Shown here in pieces: positions 19,657 through 28,497 of a DNA stretch of 43,890 nt (position 1 is its first letter; each line of letters begins with the position of its first letter). A program made the position numbers and the translations under genes. The DNA is taken from positions 1 to 43,890 of the IMG/VR virus record IMGVR_UViG_3300032219_000210. One strand, 5' to 3'. Source of the stretch: a virus (lineage: Duplodnaviria; Caudoviricetes). The notes beneath the pieces were generated by a model. It ran no database searches, was not told the origin of the DNA, and saw nothing but the letters and a program-made list of their open reading frames with translations.

Positions 19657-20577
19657 TTATTCCTCGTCACTCCAAGCCTTAACCACGGAATCCAAATCCT
19701 TCTTGGTCACAGGTGTAGGCGCGGTCTTAGCAGGGCGTTTGATTGGCTCGTTGATTGCCTCTGCCCTTGCTTTGGAAAGTGCCTTAGCATCTTCTTGTTC
19801 AAAAGCTTCACCTAATGGTTTTGGGGCTTCCAACTTAGCGGGCTTGCCAGTCATATCGGCTTGGTATGGTGTCATAACGACCATCTTCAGCACTTCAGGA
19901 GTGCTAGCCACTTTGCTTGTCACAGCGTACTGCGTCTTGTTAATGTACTTAGTCGGTGTAAACAACACAGACTGGTTGTCATTGTCTTCGTTGAAACTGA
20001 TCTGCGTCACAACGTAGTCCAAGCTCTTGCCGTTGTTGGACAAGTACTTAGAGTAGTTTTCAAACGTGTGCGTGTTATCGCCTACGCTCTCGCCAAACAA
20101 AGACTTGGATGCCAAGTTCATTTGGTAGACTGAACCTTCAAGCGATGTACCGAAGTCTTCTTCCAACACAAGCGCAATGCGACGCGAGTAGCGGCAAGCC
20201 TTAGAGTTGCCTTGGCCTGAGCCTTTAACATTCTGACCGCAACTATCACAACGATCTGCTTGTGGGTTTGTTGAACCTGCATCGGGCGCACGTCCATCAT
20301 TAGAGAAGCAATCGGGCGCAGTCGGCTCGGCATCAGGACTCCACTGTTTAGCGTAGAAAATACGACCCACAGCAGGGGATGCGTTAACAATCACAGCGTG
20401 TAGATTGCCTTTAACCTTGCCCATCTCTTCGCCACCAACTGTCTTACGAAAAATGCCGTTCTTAGGCACAATGCGTTTGACTCCGGTACGACCCGCAAGT
20501 TGTCGTGTGAGGTCGCTAACTCCTGCGGTTTGCAAGAATTCGGGGAGGTCTTCATTAAGAATAGTAATGTTGCTCAT
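19657..20577 (-). CDS. Conserved replication-module protein, possibly ssDNA-binding/annealing
   Basis: Cys motif (C...CDSC...C), flexible C-terminus ending in acidic 'WSDEE'; function inferred from context. Confidence 0.5.
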   Translation of the reverse strand: MSNITILNEDLPEFLQTAGVSDLTRQLAGRTGVKRIVPKNGIFRKTVGGEEMGKVKGNLHAVIVNASPAVGRIFYAKQWSPDAEPTAPDCFSNDGRAPDAGSTNPQADRCDSCGQNVKGSGQGNSKACRYSRRIALVLEEDFGTSLEGSVYQMNLASKSLFGESVGDNTHTFENYSKYLSNNGKSLDYVVTQISFNEDNDNQSVLFTPTKYINKTQYAVTSKVASTPEVLKMVVMTPYQADMTGKPAKLEAPKPLGEAFEQEDAKALSKARAEAINEPIKRPAKTAPTPVTKKDLDSVVKAWSDEE

Positions 20578-20579
20578 TT

Positions 20580-21002
20580 TCAATTTTCCTTAGAACGTCT
20601 AACTACCACGGTGTATTCACTTTCGACATTTAGCCCCTTGGGGTAAAGGTCTGGATTCTCAGCAAGAAAGTCTTTCATGTTTGTTTGATGAAGTCGTTTC
20701 TCTAACAGGCCAAATGCTCCGGTCTCTTCAATAAAACCGTAGATTGAATCCCAATCGTTCGTCCAATACCGTGACTTAATTGAACGCATGATCGTGCCAT
20801 GTGGGGTGCGAATGCTGTCGGCATTCATGTCTTTGCATACGTCGAGCATTTCTTGTGCTAACACTTTCATTTGCTCTTCGAGGTCTTGATCTTCGGCTTC
20901 AAAGATTTTCTTATTAGCCGCTCGCTTGTCGCGTATCTTGATATAGATTGCTGTCAATCTGTCCAAGTCTACGGAGGTGACTTTGTCTTCAACTTCTTCC
21001 AT
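20580..21002 (-). CDS. Hypothetical coiled-coil protein
   Basis: RBS AGGAG; 140 aa; N-terminal coiled coil. Confidence 0.7.
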   Translation of the reverse strand: MEEVEDKVTSVDLDRLTAIYIKIRDKRAANKKIFEAEDQDLEEQMKVLAQEMLDVCKDMNADSIRTPHGTIMRSIKSRYWTNDWDSIYGFIEETGAFGLLEKRLHQTNMKDFLAENPDLYPKGLNVESEYTVVVRRSKEN

Positions 21003-21023
21003 CTGATTCTCCTAATTATTAAA

Positions 21024-21118
21024 TGTGTTGCAGTGACAGTTCACATAAAGCAGTGTGATTGTTTCAAAACATTTACAGTCAGCAACGGCGCTAACCCATT
21101 GCCCATCACTGCAACACA
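21024..21118 (-). ncRNA. Candidate structured leader RNA / ncRNA
   Basis: Perfect 13-bp inverted repeat (21024-21036 / 21106-21118) enclosing smaller hairpins, starting at the predicted transcription start. Confidence 0.5.
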
Positions 21119-21123
21119 ACTCT

Positions 21124-21151
21124 AATGTAACACAACATTTGACATTGTCAA
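21124..21151 (-). promoter_or_regulatory. sigma70-like promoter TTGACA-16-TACATT (extended TG), -35 inside palindrome TTGACAATGTCAA
   Basis: Hexamers at 21151-21146 and 21129-21124. Confidence 0.6.
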
Positions 21152-22533
21152 GGGGTGTCTATAAATTCTTCTCTGTACAAATCAATTATTTTGTTATGGT
21201 TCGCTACGTTGTTACGCAACAAAGCATATAAACGCTTCTCTGTTGGGCTTCCGTGTATGTGTACGATAGTCATTGGATTGCGTTGGCCGGGCCTGTCGAT
21301 GCGTGCGTTTGCTTGCAGATACGTTTCAACACTGGAGGTGGGAGCGTACCAAATAACAGTGTTAGCCGCAGTCAGTGTTAACCCGTGTGATGCCGCTTGC
21401 GGTTGAATCACAAGCACTTTAGGGTCGGTGCGTGATTGGAACTCTTTGACTATCTCTGCGCGTCTGTTAGCAGATACAGCCCCGTTAATGACATCACATG
21501 TAATGCCGTTCTTAACTAAGTATTTGGTTAACAACTCAATCGTGTGCGTGAACGGAACAAACACCAACACCTTGTGGCTTGACTCGTCAATTACTTCCTT
21601 AATTACTTTGAGGCGGTCGGTTACATCAAACTCAATCACTTCGCCTGTGTCTGAATACACTGCACCGCCTGAGATTTGCAAGAGCTTGTTGAGCTTTACT
21701 GCGGCGTTGATAGCTGTAATCTCTTCTCCTGCTGCCTCAATTAACATCTGCTTCTTGAGTATGTTGTAGTACTTCATCTGCTGTGGCGAAAGTGGAGCCT
21801 CTCTGTCGACTGCTGTAACCTCGGGCAAGTCAAGGCAGTCGGCTTTTTCAAAGCGAATAGCAGGCTGAAGTATCTTGTGTACAGTTGCTTCCGCAGTGGG
21901 CTTAGGTATCCACCGGTAGTCGCTGATCTTGTGCATGACTGAATCGCGGAACTGACCAAAGAAAGGTGACACGCCCTTGGGGTTTACAAGCTTTGCCAAT
22001 CCGTAAGCATCCACAGGTGACTGAGCCGCCGGCGTTCCAGTTAACATCCACAAGCCTTTGACGACCTTGGTAATGTCACGCATGGTCTTCCATCTGTCGG
22101 TCTGTGCGTTCTTGTACGCAGACGCTTCGTCAATCACAATGAGATCAAACCCACCCGCAATGATTTCTTTCTTGACGATCTCAACGCCATCAAAGTTAAT
22201 GATGACAAACTCGGCAAGCCCGTTAAGGATTTGCTTGCGCTTCTCTCTTCCACCGTGCGCTACGGCTACTGTGCGATGCAGAGCAAACTTAAAGAGATCT
22301 TCTTGCCATGCGGCCTTCATCACCGACAGTGGGCAAACAATAAGCACTCGGCTAACTACTCCAACTTTCATCAAATAATCCACCGCCCAAATCACTGATG
22401 CAGTCTTGCCTGTGCCCTGCTCATTAAAGCAAAAGCTCTTGCGGTTACTGATTAAAAATTCAGCGGTGGTCTTCTGATGCTCGAACGGGGTGAAGCCGTG
22501 GGGTCGCGGCCAGTCATACTCTGATAGGTTCAT
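21148..22533 (-). CDS. SNF2-family (SF2) helicase/ATPase
   Basis: 'EQGTGKT', 'VIDEAS', 'LTGTP', 'SHGLTL', 'QANARIDRPGQ' motifs. Confidence 0.9.
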   Translation of the reverse strand: MNLSEYDWPRPHGFTPFEHQKTTAEFLISNRKSFCFNEQGTGKTASVIWAVDYLMKVGVVSRVLIVCPLSVMKAAWQEDLFKFALHRTVAVAHGGREKRKQILNGLAEFVIINFDGVEIVKKEIIAGGFDLIVIDEASAYKNAQTDRWKTMRDITKVVKGLWMLTGTPAAQSPVDAYGLAKLVNPKGVSPFFGQFRDSVMHKISDYRWIPKPTAEATVHKILQPAIRFEKADCLDLPEVTAVDREAPLSPQQMKYYNILKKQMLIEAAGEEITAINAAVKLNKLLQISGGAVYSDTGEVIEFDVTDRLKVIKEVIDESSHKVLVFVPFTHTIELLTKYLVKNGITCDVINGAVSANRRAEIVKEFQSRTDPKVLVIQPQAASHGLTLTAANTVIWYAPTSSVETYLQANARIDRPGQRNPMTIVHIHGSPTEKRLYALLRNNVANHNKIIDLYREEFIDTP

Positions 22534-22844
22534 TTCTTCTTACGTTCCTTGGTGCTTGTTTCAGTCACCAACTTGTGTTGTGAGTTACGCTTGAACGAAC
22601 GATTGGCTGTTGGGGGTTGCACCTTCGTGCCATCCTTGTTAGCGCCACCTTTACTCAGCGCTTTAACGTGGGCAATGTCTTTGCCTTCTCTCGAATCAGC
22701 AGTGCCATCTTTGTTCTTATCAGGGTTCTTTTTGTCGTACTCATTACGGGCACGCTGACGCTCCATCCGATCAGGCAACTCACCACGGGCAACTTGCTGT
22801 TGGTATTCCTTTTTGTAGGGGCGGGGTTTGTTTACGTAAGGCAT
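22530..22844 (-). CDS. HNH-like small protein
   Basis: 'GKDIAHVKALSKGG.N....NRS' resembles a Zn-free HNH core. Confidence 0.55.
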   Translation of the reverse strand: MPYVNKPRPYKKEYQQQVARGELPDRMERQRARNEYDKKNPDKNKDGTADSREGKDIAHVKALSKGGANKDGTKVQPPTANRSFKRNSQHKLVTETSTKERKKK

Positions 22845-22847
22845 AGT

Positions 22848-23513
22848 TCATCCTTTGTTGTGTTCACATTGTTTAACCGAGCACCACTTACATAGTGGGC
22901 CTGTCTTGGGGTTCCACACCCCGCTCATGAATGCACCTTCAAGTCGCTCAATATCGGGCAGTACTTTCTGTACATACACAGACTTCATTTTCGCATCATG
23001 TTCTGCTTTTACAAACTCTTTACTGACTACGAACATAAGCGCGGACTTAACACGCTCGATCTCGGGGTACTTAGCAAACAAAGCAGTAGCAATTAAGTCT
23101 AGCTGACCCATGTCGGCATAGCGTGCGTTCTTGCTTGTCTTATAGTCAACCGAGTAGGCTAGCTTCTTCTCGCGGTTTAAGATGACCAAGTCGGCAATTC
23201 CATGCCACCATACGCCCTCGGCTGAGAACTCGCAAGGCTCTAGGTCTTTGGTTAGTCCTAACTTTACCTCGCAATGCTTCTCCCCGGGGATGGCGTTTAG
23301 TCTATCTAGAGAAGACTTAATGTACGCAAACTTCTCTGGTATGGGCGTGCTATCTCGAATGTATTCCTCGGCAACTGTGTGCATCTCCTTGCCGTACAGC
23401 GTAGCGGTTGTATCGCCCTCGATTACATCCTTGGCAACCTTGGTGTGATAGTACTTCTTAGGGCACTGCTGAAAGGTCTTGAGACTACTGAATGACCAAA
23501 TTAACTGCTTCAT
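22848..23513 (-). CDS. PD-(D/E)xK exonuclease (RecB/Cas4-like)
   Basis: '[13 protein letters not shown]', 'GIADL', 'DYKT', 'QL', C-terminal CxxC-x4-C; start moved to ATG 23513. Confidence 0.85.
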   Translation of the reverse strand: MKQLIWSFSSLKTFQQCPKKYYHTKVAKDVIEGDTTATLYGKEMHTVAEEYIRDSTPIPEKFAYIKSSLDRLNAIPGEKHCEVKLGLTKDLEPCEFSAEGVWWHGIADLVILNREKKLAYSVDYKTSKNARYADMGQLDLIATALFAKYPEIERVKSALMFVVSKEFVKAEHDAKMKSVYVQKVLPDIERLEGAFMSGVWNPKTGPLCKWCSVKQCEHNKG

Positions 23514-24235
23514 ATATTGTCCAACCCTTTTGTGTACTTCTTCCAAATGTCTTTAGCGCACATGCCCCACAGATCGCCTACCAATTCCTTAAGCTCTTGG
23601 TACATCTCGGGCTTGTGTACCTTCAAATTTATAACCCACGTTGCATCTTGAAGCGCGGGTTTAAGTTCTTGCCACAACTCCTTCTGTTCAGGAGGCATGG
23701 TCTTTTCCCTGTAGTGCATTCGCTGTCGGCTTTCTATTTCTTCTTGCCATTGTTTTTGTCGCGCTTCAGCCTCACGCTTCTTTTGTTCGGTTGTCTTGTA
23801 ATACTCGTTAGCATAAAACTGCCTCAATATCTCACTACGAAATGGATGCTTCATCTTGCGCATGGCTCTAGCTTCGATCTGCCTGATGCGCTCGCGTGTT
23901 ACGTCAAACCTGCTACCAACTTCTTCCAAGGTGTAATCGCAATCCAACTGAATACCAAACCGCATCCGCAACACTTTGGCTTCCCTTGGTGTAAGACCAT
24001 CTAGCATCTCTTGCATGTACTCGGCTAACTCTACCTTGTATAGTTCTTCTTCGGGGTCGATGTACGGCTCGTCTTCTTCGGGTGGGCATGGTAGCTCGGG
24101 CAACATCGAATCTTCCTTGTACCCAAAGTAGTAATACGTCTCGCGCAGTTCTTTGCTAGTACCTACCATCGTGCCGTAAGGTATGGTGTGCCCTTTGTAC
24201 GTGCTACCGTGTTGCCTTCTTTTAACACTGTCCAT
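23510..24235 (-). CDS. Protein carrying only sigma70 region 4 (RpoD C-terminal-like)
   Basis: '[15 protein letters not shown]...[31 protein letters not shown]'; likely start ATG 24235. Confidence 0.85.
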   Translation of the reverse strand: MDSVKRRQHGSTYKGHTIPYGTMVGTSKELRETYYYFGYKEDSMLPELPCPPEEDEPYIDPEEELYKVELAEYMQEMLDGLTPREAKVLRMRFGIQLDCDYTLEEVGSRFDVTRERIRQIEARAMRKMKHPFRSEILRQFYANEYYKTTEQKKREAEARQKQWQEEIESRQRMHYREKTMPPEQKELWQELKPALQDATWVINLKVHKPEMYQELKELVGDLWGMCAKDIWKKYTKGLDNI

Positions 24236-26039
24236 AGCTGTATCCAAACCCTGATTCGCAGTTGAGGGGTAAATCAAGTGCCCACTTGGGACGCACGCGC
24301 ATACACATCTCTACATATTCTTGCGCAGTCTTAGCCTCGGCTGACGGCGCGATACAAGCAATCGCATCATGCACAGTCATCACAACCTTGTACTTCTTGG
24401 CAATCAGTAGCATCTGCTCACCAATCACGATACGGGCTAGGGCTTGGCAAACGTTCTCGATCACCTTACCGCCATAGATTCGGTTGGGTATAGTGGCTTT
24501 GCCCCGCTTGGTGTCGTAGACCATCTCGGCCTTGCCTTCCTCATTCTGAAGTATGCGCAGGTTCGGATAGCGCAGGTACAAACCATTGGGAAGTAAAACA
24601 CCGCTGTTGCCATCTATCTTGAGGACGCCATCCCTGCCCAATCCCATTGCGCTGTTACGCAGTATGGCTTCAAGGGCTAGGCCCGCTTTCTTCCAAAGTG
24701 CAGTAATTTTCGGATACGTGGTGCGGTACGTGTCGATAATGCGTTTTGCTTCATCCAATTCAATCGCCACATTAAAGTTCTTGAGTTGCGCTTGGAACTT
24801 TGCCGCACCCATCCCGTACCCACAGCCAAGGATAGTGGTCTTACCCACAAATCTCTCGTCCTTCGTAATCTGCGAGATGTCCTTGCCATAAATAGCAGAT
24901 GCCATGATTTTGTATACATCTTCACCCCGATCAAATGCCTCCACTAAGTCGTTCTGTTCCGCAAGCCATGCTAGCGTACGGGCTTCAATCTGCGATGAGT
25001 CTGAGTCGATCATCACGTACCCTGTTGGCGCATAGATAGCGTGTTTCAGGGGGGAGTTGCGCGGGATGTTTTGTAGGTTGAGCTTGTCGTCTCCGCCCCA
25101 CCGCCCTGTGTGAGCGGCATAGTATCGCAAGGGAACTGGCATAAGTCCACGTTTGGCAATGCCAATGAACCTTTCGGTTCGTGTCTCCTCAATGGTCGAC
25201 TTCGTGCCAAGGCGTGCGGCTACCAACGCTTGTACTGCGGGGTTGTCATGCTCAAGCAACGCTTTAAATTCTTCGTCCGTCTTAGAGAACGCATAAGTCT
25301 CTTTGCCTGTGGCTAGGCTAGTTTTCATTGGCGGTACAGCACCAGCGGCTTGCAACATAATCGCAAACTTTTGGTTGCTCATCATGTCTTCTTTGACAAA
25401 GGTTCCGAGCGCCATCGCCTTTAAATCTTTCACCGACTCTAAGTGGTCACCGAGTACTTGCAAGTCCAGCGCCAAAGACGGCTCTGTAAACATGCGTATG
25501 GTTAAGTCAATTAAGCGCAGCTCTACCCGTGGAAAATCTTTGCTCATGTTGCCAAACAATTCCCATGTCAGGGCTACATCGTTCATGCAGTATTCCCCAT
25601 ATCTCAGTAGTTGTTCAGGGGGAAAGTCGATCCGTCTCAGGCCAAGGGCGTTCTCAACTTCTGTACCCTTCTCACCGATGCCGTAGTACTGCGCTAGCAC
25701 CTTGAGACTGCCCCCTACGTTAGTGCCATGCAAGGCTCTGCCCATAGACAGCGTGTCCAACCAACCCTTCGGTTTGATGTTGAAGTGCCAACTCAGGATT
25801 GCCCCATCGAATATGGCGTTGTGGGCTAGTGCCAGTGAATTTGCCCAATCGAATTGCTTGAGGTATTCGGCAGTCTGAACCATCGTTCCGCTGAACCATT
25901 CTGGCTCTCCATCATCTACCTGCACTGATACCCCTACGACATGGAACTCAGGGTCACGGATGTACTCTTCGGTAGTCTGCTTGGCAAATCCAATCTCGCG
26001 GGAGTAGAACGTCTCAAAGTCGATTGTAATGATTTTCAT
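24222..26039 (-). CDS. polA: Family A DNA polymerase with 3'-5' exonuclease domain
   Basis: Exo I 'IDFET', 'AHNAIFD'; motif A 'DSSQIEAR', motif B '[14 protein letters not shown]', motif C 'VHD'. Confidence 0.92.
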   Translation of the reverse strand: MKIITIDFETFYSREIGFAKQTTEEYIRDPEFHVVGVSVQVDDGEPEWFSGTMVQTAEYLKQFDWANSLALAHNAIFDGAILSWHFNIKPKGWLDTLSMGRALHGTNVGGSLKVLAQYYGIGEKGTEVENALGLRRIDFPPEQLLRYGEYCMNDVALTWELFGNMSKDFPRVELRLIDLTIRMFTEPSLALDLQVLGDHLESVKDLKAMALGTFVKEDMMSNQKFAIMLQAAGAVPPMKTSLATGKETYAFSKTDEEFKALLEHDNPAVQALVAARLGTKSTIEETRTERFIGIAKRGLMPVPLRYYAAHTGRWGGDDKLNLQNIPRNSPLKHAIYAPTGYVMIDSDSSQIEARTLAWLAEQNDLVEAFDRGEDVYKIMASAIYGKDISQITKDERFVGKTTILGCGYGMGAAKFQAQLKNFNVAIELDEAKRIIDTYRTTYPKITALWKKAGLALEAILRNSAMGLGRDGVLKIDGNSGVLLPNGLYLRYPNLRILQNEEGKAEMVYDTKRGKATIPNRIYGGKVIENVCQALARIVIGEQMLLIAKKYKVVMTVHDAIACIAPSAEAKTAQEYVEMCMRVRPKWALDLPLNCESGFGYSYGQC

Positions 26040-26557
26040 TTTTTGGCTAGCTTGTTTGCTAAGTTCCATTGCGTTGGGTTAAGTAACAGTTTCTTGGGTA
26101 CTTCGTACTTCTGCATTGCACTCTCAAGCACACTTTTGTCGATTGAATTGCTTAGCTCCTTCCCAAGAATGTTCAACGCTTCGTTTGTAATTTGATCTAT
26201 AGTAAGTGGCGTTCCAAGGTTATAGTTCTTTTCCCCAAACCTAACTTTTTCTTCCGGCTCGTCTAGTAGACGCTTCATAATGCCTTGGTCAAACCTAGAA
26301 CGCATCATGCTCTTGTAGCCTTCAATCAATGCGCTCTGCTCTGCCTTGGTAAATAAGTACCAATCATCCCAATCCTTAACCCTGTTGCCACGTAATACGT
26401 CACGCATAAGGTCGGCAAATATACCGAACTTAGGTGGCTTGATGTCGAAGTCTCTCATAAAGTCCTCGGGGTTGTTCTCCATGCGCTCAAGCAAAATCTT
26501 AACGCCTTGGCTGAATTCTTTTTCAATTGCTTTCATTTCAAACTCACTTTCATGCAC
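26036..26557 (-). CDS. Hypothetical protein
   Basis: ORF fills the gap and overlaps both neighbours; exact start uncertain. Confidence 0.6.
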   Translation of the reverse strand: MHESEFEMKAIEKEFSQGVKILLERMENNPEDFMRDFDIKPPKFGIFADLMRDVLRGNRVKDWDDWYLFTKAEQSALIEGYKSMMRSRFDQGIMKRLLDEPEEKVRFGEKNYNLGTPLTIDQITNEALNILGKELSNSIDKSVLESAMQKYEVPKKLLLNPTQWNLANKLAKK

Positions 26558-26841
26558 TCCGCGATTACGTTCTCAAGATACTGCATGTTGTCTTCGCGGA
26601 TAATCATTGGATGCCCACCGCTACGCTGAATGTGGTCGAGGGCTTTGAGTTGGAGGGCTGTTGCTACGCCCTTGCCTGCCTTTGCTTCGATAGCTACAAA
26701 GTGGCCGTTAACGCAACATAGAAAGTCGGGGACGCCACTGCTTCCGTAGCCAGTACCGATAGGCATGGCGTAATAAATGTCGTGGGCTTTGAGGATTGCC
26801 TTGATCTTTGCTTTGACCTTGGCCTCGGGTGTGGTTGCCAT
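26533..26841 (-). CDS. VRR-NUC domain nuclease (Holliday junction resolvase-like)
   Basis: 'TPEAKVK', 'GVPD', 'IEAK', 'LQ' PD-(D/E)xK pattern; RBS GGAG. Confidence 0.85.
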   Translation of the reverse strand: MATTPEAKVKAKIKAILKAHDIYYAMPIGTGYGSSGVPDFLCCVNGHFVAIEAKAGKGVATALQLKALDHIQRSGGHPMIIREDNMQYLENVIAECMKVSLK

Positions 26842-26867
26842 CTAATACTCCAGTTGTTTATGGAGTT

Positions 26868-26895
26868 AATATAGCATGGCGTTTGACTTTGTCAA
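26868..26895 (-). promoter_or_regulatory. sigma70-like promoter TTGACA-16-TATATT (extended TG) for the replication operon
   Basis: Hexamers at 26895-26890 and 26873-26868, just downstream of a terminator. Confidence 0.65.
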
Positions 26896-26907
26896 TAGTA
26901 CAGACGT

Positions 26908-26930
26908 AAAAAAGCCGCCCGTAGGCGGCT
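26908..26930 (-). terminator. Intrinsic terminator ending the early operon
   Basis: AGCCGCC-4 nt-GGCGGCT stem followed by a U tract on the minus strand. Confidence 0.85.
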
Positions 26931-26959
26931 AGGATATACCCTAACATTGTTAGGTTGGT

Positions 26960-27451
26960 TTACTTCAGCGTGCTGATCTCGCGTGTCAGATACCACTGGG
27001 CTTTGCGCAAGTCTTCGAGCTTGTTGCCTTTGTGGTCGGCTCGGGTCAGGTACTTCACCACGTTGCCGATGTTGTAGTTGAGCTTCTTCGCTTCGATGAA
27101 GTCGATGGTCTCGATTCCACCTACTTTGTAATGGGCAGGATGGTTCACTGAATCGGGCGTGGGCTCGAACATATCAATCTGCATGGGCACATTGGATGAA
27201 GTAATGGACAGAGTTTTCCAATTAGCTATTGTCTCGTCCATAATTTTCTTATGCTCAGCCATCCCTTTCTTTATTTTGGGTAGCGTAAGCGTAGTCTTTA
27301 CTACCTTGGCTTTCTTCTTTGCGTTCCACAGCACTGTGTATACGTACTGAAGTCCAACACCGATAGCCTCGGCTACCTCCTTTGGTTTGGCTTTTGGGTT
27401 CTTGGCTACATACGAACGCACTTGTGCGGCTTTGGTTACTTTTTTAATCAT
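26960..27451 (-). CDS. DUF3310 (SaV-like) domain protein with N-terminal HTH-like region
   Basis: 'DSVNHPAHY...IETIDFI...GNVVKYLTRADHKG...EDLRKAQWYL'. Confidence 0.85.
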   Translation of the reverse strand: MIKKVTKAAQVRSYVAKNPKAKPKEVAEAIGVGLQYVYTVLWNAKKKAKVVKTTLTLPKIKKGMAEHKKIMDETIANWKTLSITSSNVPMQIDMFEPTPDSVNHPAHYKVGGIETIDFIEAKKLNYNIGNVVKYLTRADHKGNKLEDLRKAQWYLTREISTLK

Positions 27452-27654
27452 GGTTTTACTCCTGTTTGGTTATTAACGTACTCAGTAAGAACTTCTCTCA
27501 TCTTGGCTTGCTTTGACATTGGATGGTTGGTGTCGAAATAATCCATCACCTCCTTCGGTAGTCGCAAGCTCGTGCAAGCTAGTGCGGGTTTCTTACCAAG
27601 CCCCCGCCCCTTGCGTTTCTTCTCTAACTTCAAATACTCAATTCCTGTGGTCAA
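27448..27654 (-). CDS. Ribbon-helix-helix-like DNA-binding protein
   Basis: 'TSLRLPKEVMDYF...KMREVLTEYV' strand-helix-helix pattern with basic N-terminal arm. Confidence 0.55.
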   Translation of the reverse strand: MTTGIEYLKLEKKRKGRGLGKKPALACTSLRLPKEVMDYFDTNHPMSKQAKMREVLTEYVNNQTGVKP

Positions 27655-27666
27655 AATGTTGCCTCC

Positions 27667-27927
27667 TCATAATCCTGTTGTGGTTTCTTTGGTTTGGGGA
27701 ATCGCTTGGGGTCGAGTCGTGTGAACGGCCACCACGCCATTAGCTCCTCCTGAGTCAGCACCTTGTTTGACAAGGTCTTCGTAGTATCCTTTTGGGTACT
27801 TTGCTTTTTTCTTAACATGTCTTCTCAGCCAGTCGGCTCCTCCTAATTCTTTAAACATAAGCCACTCAATATCAGACATTCGCATGTTGCGACCTTTAAG
27901 TAGCTCGGGCGGTTTAGGTCTTGGCAT
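27667..27927 (-). CDS. Small basic protein, possibly RHH-like
   Basis: 'MPRPK...NMRMSDIEWLMFKELGGADWLR'. Confidence 0.55.
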   Translation of the reverse strand: MPRPKPPELLKGRNMRMSDIEWLMFKELGGADWLRRHVKKKAKYPKGYYEDLVKQGADSGGANGVVAVHTTRPQAIPQTKETTTGL

Positions 27928-28136
27928 TATCTTTTCATCCCCCGTACAAATACAGCAAAGGACGCTGACGTATCACCAAAGTTTCTCATCTTGTCAAACT
28001 CAAGGGCTACTTCCTCAAGCACTTGGTTACGCTGAGATGTGGATACGAAAATTTCAAAGTGATACGGCTGTCCCTTCTTCATCTCGGCTTCATGCGCAAT
28101 GCGCTCGAACTCATCGTCTTCGTCTGTGTGTATCAT
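27927..28136 (-). CDS. Hypothetical protein
   Basis: Coupled ORF; 'RNQVLEEVA' motif common in small phage proteins. Confidence 0.65.
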   Translation of the reverse strand: MIHTDEDDEFERIAHEAEMKKGQPYHFEIFVSTSQRNQVLEEVALEFDKMRNFGDTSASFAVFVRGMKR

Positions 28137-28315
28137 GTACCCTCCAGTACTTCAAAGATTACTTTCTTGATTTTTGAGTATGCGTCTGCTTTGGTATACG
28201 GCATCGTAAGTATGTTGTCGATTTCACACAGAGCTTCATAGTACTCAGTACCTCGTATTGCATTTTGTAGTTTGTACTCGTCATCGGGATATGCAAACTC
28301 AAGTACGGCTTTCAT
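28133..28315 (-). CDS. Hypothetical protein
   Basis: 'MKAVLEF.YPDDE' start; ATGA overlap with the next gene. Confidence 0.6.
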   Translation of the reverse strand: MKAVLEFAYPDDEYKLQNAIRGTEYYEALCEIDNILTMPYTKADAYSKIKKVIFEVLEGT

Positions 28316-28466
28316 AAGCGGCCCCATGCGTTAACAACATAAGTAAGCGGGCCTTACGCCACGTTCTACGTACGTCAGTTTGTGAAGCATTGCGATACTT
28401 AAACTTTGGGTCAGTACACAACCTTAGTGGGATTGCTTTGGATTGATATTTAATTTCATCATTCAT
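28299..28466 (-). CDS. Hypothetical protein (55 aa)
   Basis: AGGAG RBS before ATG 28466; 'FKYRNASQTDVRRTW'. Confidence 0.6.
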   Translation of the reverse strand: MNDEIKYQSKAIPLRLCTDPKFKYRNASQTDVRRTWRKARLLMLLTHGAAYESRT

Positions 28467-28497
28467 TTGGATTCTCCTAACATTGTTAGCCTGTTTG

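Noticed and set aside
21024-21118. Possible tRNA
   Set aside because: 13-bp closing stem, no T-loop TTCRA consensus and no CCA; kept as an unknown structured RNA
22848-23513. Cas4-like nuclease as evidence of a CRISPR-Cas system
   Set aside because: Solo Cas4/RecB-like nucleases are common in phage replication modules; no cas1, cas2 or multi-spacer array seen
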